Position numbers and translations under genes: made by a program. A stretch of DNA of 64,000 nucleotides from an uncultured Bacilli bacterium (GTDB lineage Bacteria > Bacillota_I > Bacilli_A > RF39 > UBA660): positions 42-64,041 of the forward strand of contig CANRNO010000004.1 in the NCBI GenBank assembly GCA_947632065.1, written 5' to 3'. Under the pieces are notes generated by a model that was given only the letters and a program-made list of their open reading frames with translations, was not told where the DNA came from and ran no database searches. Numbering within the stretch: the first letter of the stretch is position 1; every line of letters starts with the position of its first letter. Shown one piece after another: positions 9,633-17,958 of this stretch.

Positions 9633-10288
9633 AGTAATCTATATCCAAATCCATAAATAGTATTTACTTTTAGATGGGGCATTTTTTTTCTTAATCTACG
9701 AACTAAATCATCTACTACTCTATCTGTTCCAAAGTAGTCATTTCCCCATACAGCATTTAATATTTCTTCTCTAGAAAAACCTTTGTTTATATTTTTTAAG
9801 AATAATAGGAGTAGATCAAATTCTAAAGTAGTTAAATTTATATCTTTATTTTTACAACTAACTATTCTTTTATTTATATTTATTTTATAGTCCTCATAGT
9901 TAATGACATTTATTTCACTTTGGCGATAAACTCTTTTTATTATTTTATTTACTCTAAGGACTAATTCTTTACTAGAATAAGGTTTTGTTATATAGTCATC
10001 ACTACCAAGTTCAAGACCTAAAATTTTATCTAAATCTTGATCTCTTGCTGATGTAAATATAACTGGAATATCTTCATCTTCTTTTCTTATTTCTTTGATA
10101 ATGTCATATCCATTAATATCATCTTGAAGCATTATATCAAGAATCCAAAGATGAACTTTGTTGCCGATATAGTTTATAGCATCAGCTCCTTTTTGAAAAC
10201 AGACAACGTTATATCCTGCCTTTTCTAAATACATTTTTATCAAGTTAGATAAGTCTTTTTCATCTTCAACCAAACAAATTGTATACAT
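9629..10288 (-). CDS. OmpR/PhoB-family response regulator
   Basis: Receiver domain (VEDE...LDIML.D..G) plus a winged-helix end (TLEFDLLLLF...YGFGYRL). The ATG at 10288 has AGGTG 6 nt upstream, whereas the track uses the GTG at 10297. Confidence 0.85.
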   Translation of the reverse strand: MYTICLVEDEKDLSNLIKMYLEKAGYNVVCFQKGADAINYIGNKVHLWILDIMLQDDINGYDIIKEIRKEDEDIPVIFTSARDQDLDKILGLELGSDDYITKPYSSKELVLRVNKIIKRVYRQSEINVINYEDYKININKRIVSCKNKDINLTTLEFDLLLLFLKNINKGFSREEILNAVWGNDYFGTDRVVDDLVRRLRKKMPHLKVNTIYGFGYRLL

Positions 10289-10484
10289 TCTAATCACCTA
10301 CTTCTAGTATAACATTATTTAATAAGGCTTGTCTATTAGTCGATAACTATTAAATTATTGCATTATTTTGTTTTTATATCTTCTTTTGTATAGGCATCAC
10401 TTCCCTTCTTGAATTTATAATAGCAATTAATTAACGCATAAATATAAAAACAATATGGGAAATTATGTGAAAGAAAAAGAAGAA

Positions 10485-10745
10485 TTATTTCTTCTTAGTT
10501 AGTTTTTTATATGTGTTTGATATTTTTTCTGTTGTTTTTTCTAATAATTCCATATTCGCTAATGCTACTTGATATTTATATCTACTTTTTATACGTTCTT
10601 CTATTTCTTTAACTCTTATTTTTTCTTCTTCTATATATTTTTTGTATTCTTCTTTAGATTTGTAGTAACCTGTTGAGGATTTTTTAATTTCTTTATAACT
10701 TTCTTTAATGTTATTTTTAAGTATTTCTTTTTTATCTTCAAACAT
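10485..10745 (-). CDS. Hypothetical K/E-rich coiled-coil protein (86 aa)
   Basis: ORF with SD AAGGAGA. A hairpin (agaagaa/ttcttct) overlaps the stop codon. Confidence 0.55.
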   Translation of the reverse strand: MFEDKKEILKNNIKESYKEIKKSSTGYYKSKEEYKKYIEEEKIRVKEIEERIKSRYKYQVALANMELLEKTTEKISNTYKKLTKKK

Positions 10746-10757
10746 TTTGTTCTCCTT

Positions 10758-11795
10758 TTAATTATTTATTCTCTTAAATGGATATATGTATTTGTTTTTT
10801 ATAATTAAATTAGATCTTAATATTTTTTTCTCTTTATTTCTTTTATTGCTTGCTTCTTTTAATTTGAATTTTTCTTTTATATATTCATTACCAGTAGTTT
10901 TTGATGTAACAGCATTTATTATGTCTTGTTCTAGTATTTCTACTTTTTGGAATGCTATATCATAAGTGATATTTTTAATTAAATCTTCATCTATATCTGA
11001 TAGAGTTTTTTCTTCTATATGTTTATCTCTTTGTTTTAGAATATTTAGTTTTAATTTTTCTTTTTTGTTTGTATTATTTATACTTAACATTATAACCATA
11101 CTGAAATCTACTATAAGAGTTGATAATGTTGTAAGAGTATATAAAATATTTGAAAAGTTTATTTCTTTAAAAAATCCTAAAGATATAAAGGAAAGTAATC
11201 CTGTTGTTAAAAGGTATTTACTTTCTGGAGTTATGTTTTTCCAAAATAGTTTTGTATTTTCTAATTCTTTTATATAAGTTTTATTATCTATTAATTCTTC
11301 TAATTGTTTCATCTCTTCTATCATTTTATCTTCTTTTATTTTTCTTTTGGTGATAAAAATAGATTTCTTTTTTAAAATATCCATTGCATTAGATAAGTAT
11401 TTATTTTTACTTTCTAATCTATTTATTTCTAGGATTTTTTCTAATTTTGATTTATCTGTTTTTATAGTATCTTTTTTAAATAAGGTATACTTATATTTAT
11501 TTTTTGTAATTTTGTTTACTATTTTTTCTGATGCTATTCCTAGTAAAGTAGAAGTTATTGTAATAATAGGTAATCCTATAAAAATTGCTACTTTACTTGT
11601 TGCGATTAAATATATTCCTACACTTATTGTTAAAATACTTGTAATGTAGGATGTTAAAAGGGACTTTTTATTATAATTGTATATTTGTAATTCTTTTTCT
11701 AACTCTTCTATTTTTAAGGCATTATTACCATATTCATCTAGTAGCCTTCTATTTATAATTTCTTTATTTACTGTTTTTATATCTTCTCTTGTCAT
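10758..11795 (-). CDS. Hypothetical multi-pass membrane protein with coiled-coil linkers (345 aa)
   Basis: ORF with SD GGAGAG and two hydrophobic clusters separated by K/E-rich helices. Family not recognised. Confidence 0.6.
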   Translation of the reverse strand: MTREDIKTVNKEIINRRLLDEYGNNALKIEELEKELQIYNYNKKSLLTSYITSILTISVGIYLIATSKVAIFIGLPIITITSTLLGIASEKIVNKITKNKYKYTLFKKDTIKTDKSKLEKILEINRLESKNKYLSNAMDILKKKSIFITKRKIKEDKMIEEMKQLEELIDNKTYIKELENTKLFWKNITPESKYLLTTGLLSFISLGFFKEINFSNILYTLTTLSTLIVDFSMVIMLSINNTNKKEKLKLNILKQRDKHIEEKTLSDIDEDLIKNITYDIAFQKVEILEQDIINAVTSKTTGNEYIKEKFKLKEASNKRNKEKKILRSNLIIKNKYIYPFKRINN

Positions 11796-11888
11796 GGTAC
11801 TCTCCTTAAATAAGTGTACTTACTATTATAGTGAAACTTATTTTTTTGTCAATATATTATTGCAAGAGAAAAAGAGACTTAGTCTCTT

Positions 11889-13787
11889 TTAGAAGTGACC
11901 TCCGCCACCTCCACCTCCGAAGGATCCACCACCCATTGATGCTCCTCCACCAAATCCAGAGCTATTGGATGCAGTTGTGGATGCTACTGAATGAGTATAT
12001 GATGAATGTACACTATTTCGGATACTACTTCCAAGTGTTGAATATAAATACAGTCTATTATAATAACCATATGCAAAGAACTCTGGATAGTTATCTTCTG
12101 TTATATTCATTTGATCAAAGCGAGTTCTCATATCTTTTTCTAGTTTGTCGGCACAACCTAATACAGTTGCGTATACTAAGTATTTTTCCCAAACTATAAT
12201 TTCTGGTAATTCTTTTTCATCCATAGTTCCAAAGTCTTCCATGAATTTTTTGAGTGCTAACCATTTTTTATAATGTAGGACTCCTTTTTTAGATCTAAAG
12301 ATTATTTTTCCTATATATATTAATCCTAAAACTGCGACTATTATACATAAATATCCTAGAATAAAGAAAGTTGTATTAAACATACATATTATAGTTAGAA
12401 ATATACCTAAAACACATATTAGAATAGCAATACTTGCGATAAATGGAGAATTAATAAAGAATTCTTCTTTGTCTGATGCTTCTATAATAGTGTTTTTCCA
12501 ATCATTATATAGTTTTAAGAAGTCTCTTCCTTTGGAATAAGAGTTACCATAATCTTTTATTTCTTTTAAGGTTACTTCTTTTTTATTGCCTATTTTATCT
12601 ATTAACATATAAATTAATTTCTCTTCACTTGCAGTTAAATCTTTTACATTTTCTACTTTTGTAAATTTATAATTTTTCTTATCATCTGGTATTTGTTCTA
12701 CTGTTAAGGCTTTTTTATTTATAAGATTTAGAATAGATGCACTCATTGCTTTATCTGTTATCTTTTTACTGATTAAGTATTCTACTACTTCAGGACCATA
12801 GTCTGCGGGGAATTCTCTTAAATAATCCATATTGAAGTCACATTTTTCTAATTCTTTTTTCTTTTTATATAATAAAAACATTACAATAATAAATACTATA
12901 TACCAAATTATTATAGATAATTTAAATATTAGTTGTATTAATTTTGCTCTTTCTCTTTGTTGATTTGCAAGTTCTGCAGCTTCTTTTTCTACTAATAAAA
13001 TGTTTTGCTTACCATCCACATTAGAGTATTTTGTAGCATTCGGTACAAGGGATTTATCAAACATCATTCTAAATGATACTGCGTTATTTGGGTTTAATCC
13101 ATGATATGTTATTTTAGCTTGTTTATCATTTATTCTTTTTACTATACCATCTAGAGGTCCTCGTAGCCATACTCTCATTGATTTATCATCTTTTGGTAGA
13201 TTTACATATACAATTAATTCATCTATTGCATCTTCATAACTATCTGATAATATATTCCAAGCAACTTCTGCGATGTCATTATGAACTACTACAGCGTCCG
13301 TATAAGTATATTCTAAATAAAAATTTTCTTTAGTACTTGAAGGATTATATATTTTTAAATATACTCCATCTTGGGTACTATTTTCTTCATAGAAACCATA
13401 CTCTCCTGTTTTATCGATGTATGTTTGTTTAAATAGATTTATATTTTTTATATTACTTAAGTTTTTTGGATTTATATTATTATCATTAGTACTTCCTATT
13501 TTGATATCTTTTATAGAAGAAGCATTATATATATCACTTCCACTAAAGTCACTTTCTTCTCCTGTGGATGCTTTTGAATTTAAATTTTTATAAGCAAGTG
13601 TTCTAATTCTTCCGTTATAAGTAGGATTTAGTTTAGCTAGTTCATATACTTTTAGGGAACCATCTTCTTCTATATTAAAATTTATATATAACTTTTTAGT
13701 TTCTCCTTCTGCTAGGGCATCTACTGTATTTGGAAAAACAAAGATACTAAATAATAATACTATTAAAATTAATTTTGTTTTTTTCAT
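11889..13787 (-). CDS. DUF2207-family membrane protein with a Gly-rich C-terminus
   Basis: Signal peptide, a large extracytoplasmic domain, three or more TM helices and a GGGASMGGGSFGGGGGGGHF tail. Classic pairing downstream of lemA. The ATG at 13787 is preferred (AAAGGA 8 nt upstream). Confidence 0.75.
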   Translation of the reverse strand: MKKTKLILIVLLFSIFVFPNTVDALAEGETKKLYINFNIEEDGSLKVYELAKLNPTYNGRIRTLAYKNLNSKASTGEESDFSGSDIYNASSIKDIKIGSTNDNNINPKNLSNIKNINLFKQTYIDKTGEYGFYEENSTQDGVYLKIYNPSSTKENFYLEYTYTDAVVVHNDIAEVAWNILSDSYEDAIDELIVYVNLPKDDKSMRVWLRGPLDGIVKRINDKQAKITYHGLNPNNAVSFRMMFDKSLVPNATKYSNVDGKQNILLVEKEAAELANQQRERAKLIQLIFKLSIIIWYIVFIIVMFLLYKKKKELEKCDFNMDYLREFPADYGPEVVEYLISKKITDKAMSASILNLINKKALTVEQIPDDKKNYKFTKVENVKDLTASEEKLIYMLIDKIGNKKEVTLKEIKDYGNSYSKGRDFLKLYNDWKNTIIEASDKEEFFINSPFIASIAILICVLGIFLTIICMFNTTFFILGYLCIIVAVLGLIYIGKIIFRSKKGVLHYKKWLALKKFMEDFGTMDEKELPEIIVWEKYLVYATVLGCADKLEKDMRTRFDQMNITEDNYPEFFAYGYYNRLYLYSTLGSSIRNSVHSSYTHSVASTTASNSSGFGGGASMGGGSFGGGGGGGHF

Positions 13788-13806
13788 ATTACACATCCTT
13801 TAAATT

Positions 13807-13832
13807 GGAAAAAAACTTGCATAAGCAAGTTT
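13807..13832 (-). terminator. Hairpin with U-run between lemA and the DUF2207 gene
   Basis: aaacttgc (13813-13820) / gcaagttt (13825-13832) with a 4-nt loop. The A-run at 13809-13812 gives a U-run on the minus strand. Overlaps the lemA stop codon. Confidence 0.55.
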
Positions 13833-14388
13833 ATTCATCAAATGATACTTTTGGTGTTTCTTTATCAGCATCTGCTATTTCAAAGAATACTTCTTTTTTG
13901 AAATGAGCAATATTTGCGACTATATTCGATGGTATAGTTTCTACTTTATTATTATATTTTAATACTGTATCATTATAGAATTGTCTCATTGTAGAAATTT
14001 TATCTTCTGTATCTCTTAGGTCATTTTGAAGATTATTAAAGTTTTCATTTGCTTTTAAATCTGGATAACTTTCTGAAAGCATCATTAATTTATTTAACGC
14101 TTGAGTAAGCTCACCACTATTTTTCATTTCTTCTTCTGGAGTTTTAGCAGAAAAAAATGTGTTTCTTGCTTTAATAACTTCATCTAAAGTTGTCTTTTCA
14201 TGTTTAGCATAACCTTTTACAGTCTCTACTAAATTAGGTATTAAATCCGCTCTTCTTTTTAGTTGAACATCAACTTGTGCCCATTGATCTTTTACTCTGT
14301 TTCTTAAATTTATTAGAGAATTATATGTTGTTATATACCAAAGTATTAAAACTACAACTACTATTATTATTCCTATTAGCCATGCCAT
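13831..14388 (-). CDS. lemA: LemA family protein
   Basis: N-terminal TM helix, then YNSLINLRNRVKDQWAQVDVQLKRRADLIPNLV, typical of LemA. Confidence 0.9.
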   Translation of the reverse strand: MAWLIGIIIVVVVLILWYITTYNSLINLRNRVKDQWAQVDVQLKRRADLIPNLVETVKGYAKHEKTTLDEVIKARNTFFSAKTPEEEMKNSGELTQALNKLMMLSESYPDLKANENFNNLQNDLRDTEDKISTMRQFYNDTVLKYNNKVETIPSNIVANIAHFKKEVFFEIADADKETPKVSFDE

Positions 14389-14454
14389 AAATATCTCCTC
14401 CTTATTTATATTATACTATGCTTTAGAGTAATTTAAAATAAATTTTTATTTTTG

Positions 14455-14484
14455 TGAATAAATAATGTAAAACTATACAATATA
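14455..14484 (+). promoter_or_regulatory. Forespore-type (sigmaG/sigmaF-like) promoter candidate for the sspI-like gene
   Basis: TGAATA (14455-14460), a 17-nt spacer, then CAATATA (14478-14484), against the recalled sigmaG consensus TGAATA-N17/18-CATACTA. AGGAGGAG and the ATG follow. Confidence 0.4.
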
Positions 14485-14503
14485 TTTTTAGGAGGAGACA
14501 AAT

Positions 14504-14728
14504 ATGGATTTAAGTATTAGAGATCATATAATTAATAATTTTAAAGGTGATGATTATGATTCTTTAAGGAATGCAATTGATGAATCAGTAAAAGAAGGTG
14601 ATGAGGTAACTTTACCTGGTATGGGAGTATTTTTTGAAATTGTTTGGAAAGAAGCTGATGCATCTTTAAAGAATCAATTATTAGAACTTATAAAACAAAG
14701 AGTTGAAAGAGGAACTGAAAATGATTAG
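14504..14728 (+). CDS. sspI: Small acid-soluble spore protein SspI-like
   Basis: 74 aa. MDLSIR...LPGMGVFFEIVW resembles B. subtilis SspI (MDLNLR...LPGLGVLFEVIW, from memory). It also lies near pheST, as in Bacillus. Confidence 0.6.
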   Translation: MDLSIRDHIINNFKGDDYDSLRNAIDESVKEGDEVTLPGMGVFFEIVWKEADASLKNQLLELIKQRVERGTEND

Positions 14729-14734
14729 TTCCTC

Positions 14735-15592
14735 TTAATTTCTAGTTACATAGATTGTTATATATTTTACTTTTAGAGAATAATGTCTAGTTATTTCTCT
14801 TTTTATTTTATTTTCTAAATTAATTACTTTTCTTAAAGTTAGTTTAGGATTTAATTCTACTATTAGTTGTAGTCTATAATAAGAGCCATATTTTATTAAA
14901 GTAATTTCTTTTTTTCTTATATCTTTATATTTAGATAAGAATTTATCTACTTTATTTATCGCATCTTTATCAATTTCGGTTTCTCCTATTAAAGCAAGAG
15001 AGTTATGATATATTATTTTAATACTTGATACTATGACATATAATCCGATTAAGATGGATCCTATCATATCAGAGTATTTTAGTATTTCTAATTTATTTGA
15101 AAATTGTAAGATAATAGATATTATTATTACTCCTATAGTTGATATTAAATCTGATTTAGACTCTTCTACTTGAGTTATTAGAAGTTGACTATTTATATCT
15201 TTTCCTACTTCATGCATAATGTAGATACAAATAAACTTTAAGATAAGTACTATACTAAGCATTATAAATATTTCTAGTGGTGGTGTGAATGTTTTTTCTT
15301 CAAAACTATTTATTAGTATAAATATTCCTAGTAAAAATAGAATTATTCCTACAAATAGATTAGTTAAGTACTCTACTTTACCAAAACCAAAGGGATGTTC
15401 TTTTGTTGGCTTTTTCTTTGATATATGGGAACCTGCTAAACATATTATATCAGTTATAAAATCACTAAATGAATGAAGTCCATCTGCGAAAAGAGATGAC
15501 ATTCCATAAATAAAACCACATACTACTTTAGTTATTGAAATTACTAAATTATTTATCATACTATAAATTAATACTTTTAATTCTTTTTTCAT
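14735..15592 (-). CDS. Cation diffusion facilitator (CDF) family transporter
   Basis: Six TM helices with the ADGLHSFSD motif in TM2 and a C-terminal cytoplasmic domain. Confidence 0.8.
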   Translation of the reverse strand: MKKELKVLIYSMINNLVISITKVVCGFIYGMSSLFADGLHSFSDFITDIICLAGSHISKKKPTKEHPFGFGKVEYLTNLFVGIILFLLGIFILINSFEEKTFTPPLEIFIMLSIVLILKFICIYIMHEVGKDINSQLLITQVEESKSDLISTIGVIIISIILQFSNKLEILKYSDMIGSILIGLYVIVSSIKIIYHNSLALIGETEIDKDAINKVDKFLSKYKDIRKKEITLIKYGSYYRLQLIVELNPKLTLRKVINLENKIKREITRHYSLKVKYITIYVTRN

Positions 15593-15756
15593 TTTGGTAA
15601 CCTACTTTCTATTTGATTATAGCATATTTTCCATTTTAATTTGATAATTAGAAAATAATTAATGTAAATTTGATGTAAGTTTTCTCTTAATATATTTATT
15701 TTTTTAATAATTAATGTTAATATTATATGGAGTTTTTACTTATGGAGGTGTGTTTA

Positions 15757-17937
15757 GTGATTGAAGTTGTAAAAAAAGATGAAGAAATAATTTTTAATTT
15801 AGAGACTAAAAATAGTATGTATCAAATGAAAGTAGATAAGTATAATGTTTTAAAACATCTTTGGTATGGAAGTAAGACTTCAACTGATATGGAGTATTTA
15901 CTAGATTATCCAGATGTAGGTTTTTCTGGACAAATAAATGAAGTAGATGATAGTACTTACTCTCTTGATACTCTTCCTGTTGAGTATTCTTGTTTTGGTG
16001 TTGGAGACTTTAGAGTTCCAGCAATTAGTGTTATTCATAGTAATGGAAGTGATGCGATAGATTTACGTTATCAAAGTTATTCTATTAAAAAAGGTAAATA
16101 CTCTATTAAAGATTTACCTAGTGTCTATAGTAATAATGATGATTGTGATAGTTTAGAGATTGTTTTAAAGGATACTTCTAGTGATATATATGTAATATTA
16201 AAATATGGTGTTTTTAATGATAAAGATATTATTTGTAGGAGTGCTGTTATTAGAAATGAAGAAGATAGTAAGATTTGTTTAAATAAAGCTTTTAGTATGT
16301 GTTTAGATATTCCTTATGGTTCTTTAGATATTATACATTTTCATGGAAGACATGCGATGGAAAGACAATTTGAAAGAATTCCTATAACACATAATATTTA
16401 TGAGTTTTCTAGTACGAGAGGAACTTCTTCTCATCAGGAGAGTCCTTCTATTATAATTTGTGATAAGAATTGTAATGAAGAGTTTGGGGACTGTTTTGGG
16501 GCGACTCTTATGTATAGTGGTAATTTTAAAATTCAGCTTGAGGGTGATCAATTAAATCAAGTACGTATGGTAATGGGTATTAATCCTGATACTTTTAGTT
16601 GGACTCTTAACCATAATGAGGAGTTTTATACACCTGAGGTTATATTATCTTTTAGTAATGAAGGTTTGTCTAAATTATCACATAATTTTCATGATATTAT
16701 AAGAAATAATGTATGTCGTGGTAAATATAGTCTAGAAAGTCGTCCTGTTCTTATAAATAATTGGGAAGCCACTTATTTTGATTTTGATGCTTTTAAAATT
16801 TTAGATATTGCAAATACTGCAGCTAGTCTTGGTATTGATATGATGGTTTTAGATGATGGATGGTTTGGAAAAAGAGATAGTGATAAGTCTGGTCTTGGAG
16901 ATTGGTATGCTAATGAAGATAAATTAAAAATGCCTCTTAAAGATTTAGTAAGTAAAGTTAAATCGAGGGGGACGAAATTTGGTATTTGGTTTGAACCTGA
17001 AATGATATCTGAGGATAGTAATCTTTATAGGAATCATCCTGATTGGGCAGTTAAAATACCTGGAAGAAAACCTGGAAGAAGTCGTAATCAACTGGTAATA
17101 GATATTACAAGAAGTGATGTTAGAGATTATTTATATGAGTCTATTAGTAGAATTATTAAAGATTGTTCTATTGATTATATAAAGTGGGATTTTAATCGTA
17201 GTATTAGTGATGTATATACTTATAGTCTTTCATCATCTAATCAAAAAGAAATGGGACATCGTTTTGTTTTAGGACTTTACGAGCTTTTAGAGAAATTAAA
17301 TCATGACTTCCCTAACCTTTTAATTGAAGGTTGTTGTGGAGGTGGAGGTAGATTTGATGCTGGTATGCTTTACTACTGTCCTCAGATTTGGTGCAGTGAT
17401 AATACTGATGCTTATGATCGTAGTAAAATACAATATGGTACATCTTTTATCTTTCCGATATCTACTATAGGAAGTCATGTGTCAGCAGTTCCTAATCATC
17501 AAAGCGGAAGAATTACTCCACTGAGTGCTAGAAGTGTTGTAGCGATGTCTGGAAGTTTTGGATATGAACTGGATTTAAATACTTTGAGTGATACTGATTT
17601 AGAAAAGATAAAACAAGATATTAAAGATTTTAAAAAATATAATAAGTTAATACATAATGGAGATTATTATCGTTTAAGTAATCCTAATGATGATAATTTT
17701 GCTTTATGGGAATTTGTAAGTGATGAGGAAGTTTTAGTACAAGGAATAATTTTTAGAAGTGAGGCTAATCAACTTAGATATAATATTAAATTAAGAGGAC
17801 TTGATAGTGATAAGAAATATATAGATAGTAATAATAATGTATATACTGGTAGTGCTTTAATGAATGGAGGAATATTACTTCCAAAATCATCTGGAGATTA
17901 TTATTCTGTTATGATACATTTAAAAAAACAATACTGA
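15757..17937 (+). CDS. Alpha-galactosidase, glycoside hydrolase family 36
   Basis: The blocks NNWEATYFDF, DDGWFG.RD, KFGIWFEPEM, IKWDFNR and GGGGRFD are typical of GH36 AgaA/MelA-type enzymes. I prefer the GTG at 15757 (GGAGG 8 nt upstream) over the ATG at 15727. Confidence 0.9.
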   Translation: MIEVVKKDEEIIFNLETKNSMYQMKVDKYNVLKHLWYGSKTSTDMEYLLDYPDVGFSGQINEVDDSTYSLDTLPVEYSCFGVGDFRVPAISVIHSNGSDAIDLRYQSYSIKKGKYSIKDLPSVYSNNDDCDSLEIVLKDTSSDIYVILKYGVFNDKDIICRSAVIRNEEDSKICLNKAFSMCLDIPYGSLDIIHFHGRHAMERQFERIPITHNIYEFSSTRGTSSHQESPSIIICDKNCNEEFGDCFGATLMYSGNFKIQLEGDQLNQVRMVMGINPDTFSWTLNHNEEFYTPEVILSFSNEGLSKLSHNFHDIIRNNVCRGKYSLESRPVLINNWEATYFDFDAFKILDIANTAASLGIDMMVLDDGWFGKRDSDKSGLGDWYANEDKLKMPLKDLVSKVKSRGTKFGIWFEPEMISEDSNLYRNHPDWAVKIPGRKPGRSRNQLVIDITRSDVRDYLYESISRIIKDCSIDYIKWDFNRSISDVYTYSLSSSNQKEMGHRFVLGLYELLEKLNHDFPNLLIEGCCGGGGRFDAGMLYYCPQIWCSDNTDAYDRSKIQYGTSFIFPISTIGSHVSAVPNHQSGRITPLSARSVVAMSGSFGYELDLNTLSDTDLEKIKQDIKDFKKYNKLIHNGDYYRLSNPNDDNFALWEFVSDEEVLVQGIIFRSEANQLRYNIKLRGLDSDKKYIDSNNNVYTGSALMNGGILLPKSSGDYYSVMIHLKKQY

Positions 17938-17958
17938 TTTTCAGTATTGTTTTTTTTA
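17921..17958. terminator. Bidirectional terminator between the convergent aga and pheT genes
   Basis: aacaatactga (17927-17937) / tcagtattgtt (17941-17951), with an A-run before and a T-run after. Confidence 0.8.

Noticed and set aside
10298-10484. Mini-ORFs in the spacer upstream of the two-component operon: 7 aa on the minus strand and 15 aa on the plus strand.
   Set aside because: They are too short, lack convincing ribosome-binding sites, and show no attenuator-like alternative structures.
15674-15687. A cre (CcpA) site candidate TGTAAGTTTTCTCT upstream of the alpha-galactosidase gene.
   Set aside because: It lacks the central CG and the right half-site of the cre consensus (TGWAANCGNTNWCA). 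The match is limited to the first six bases.
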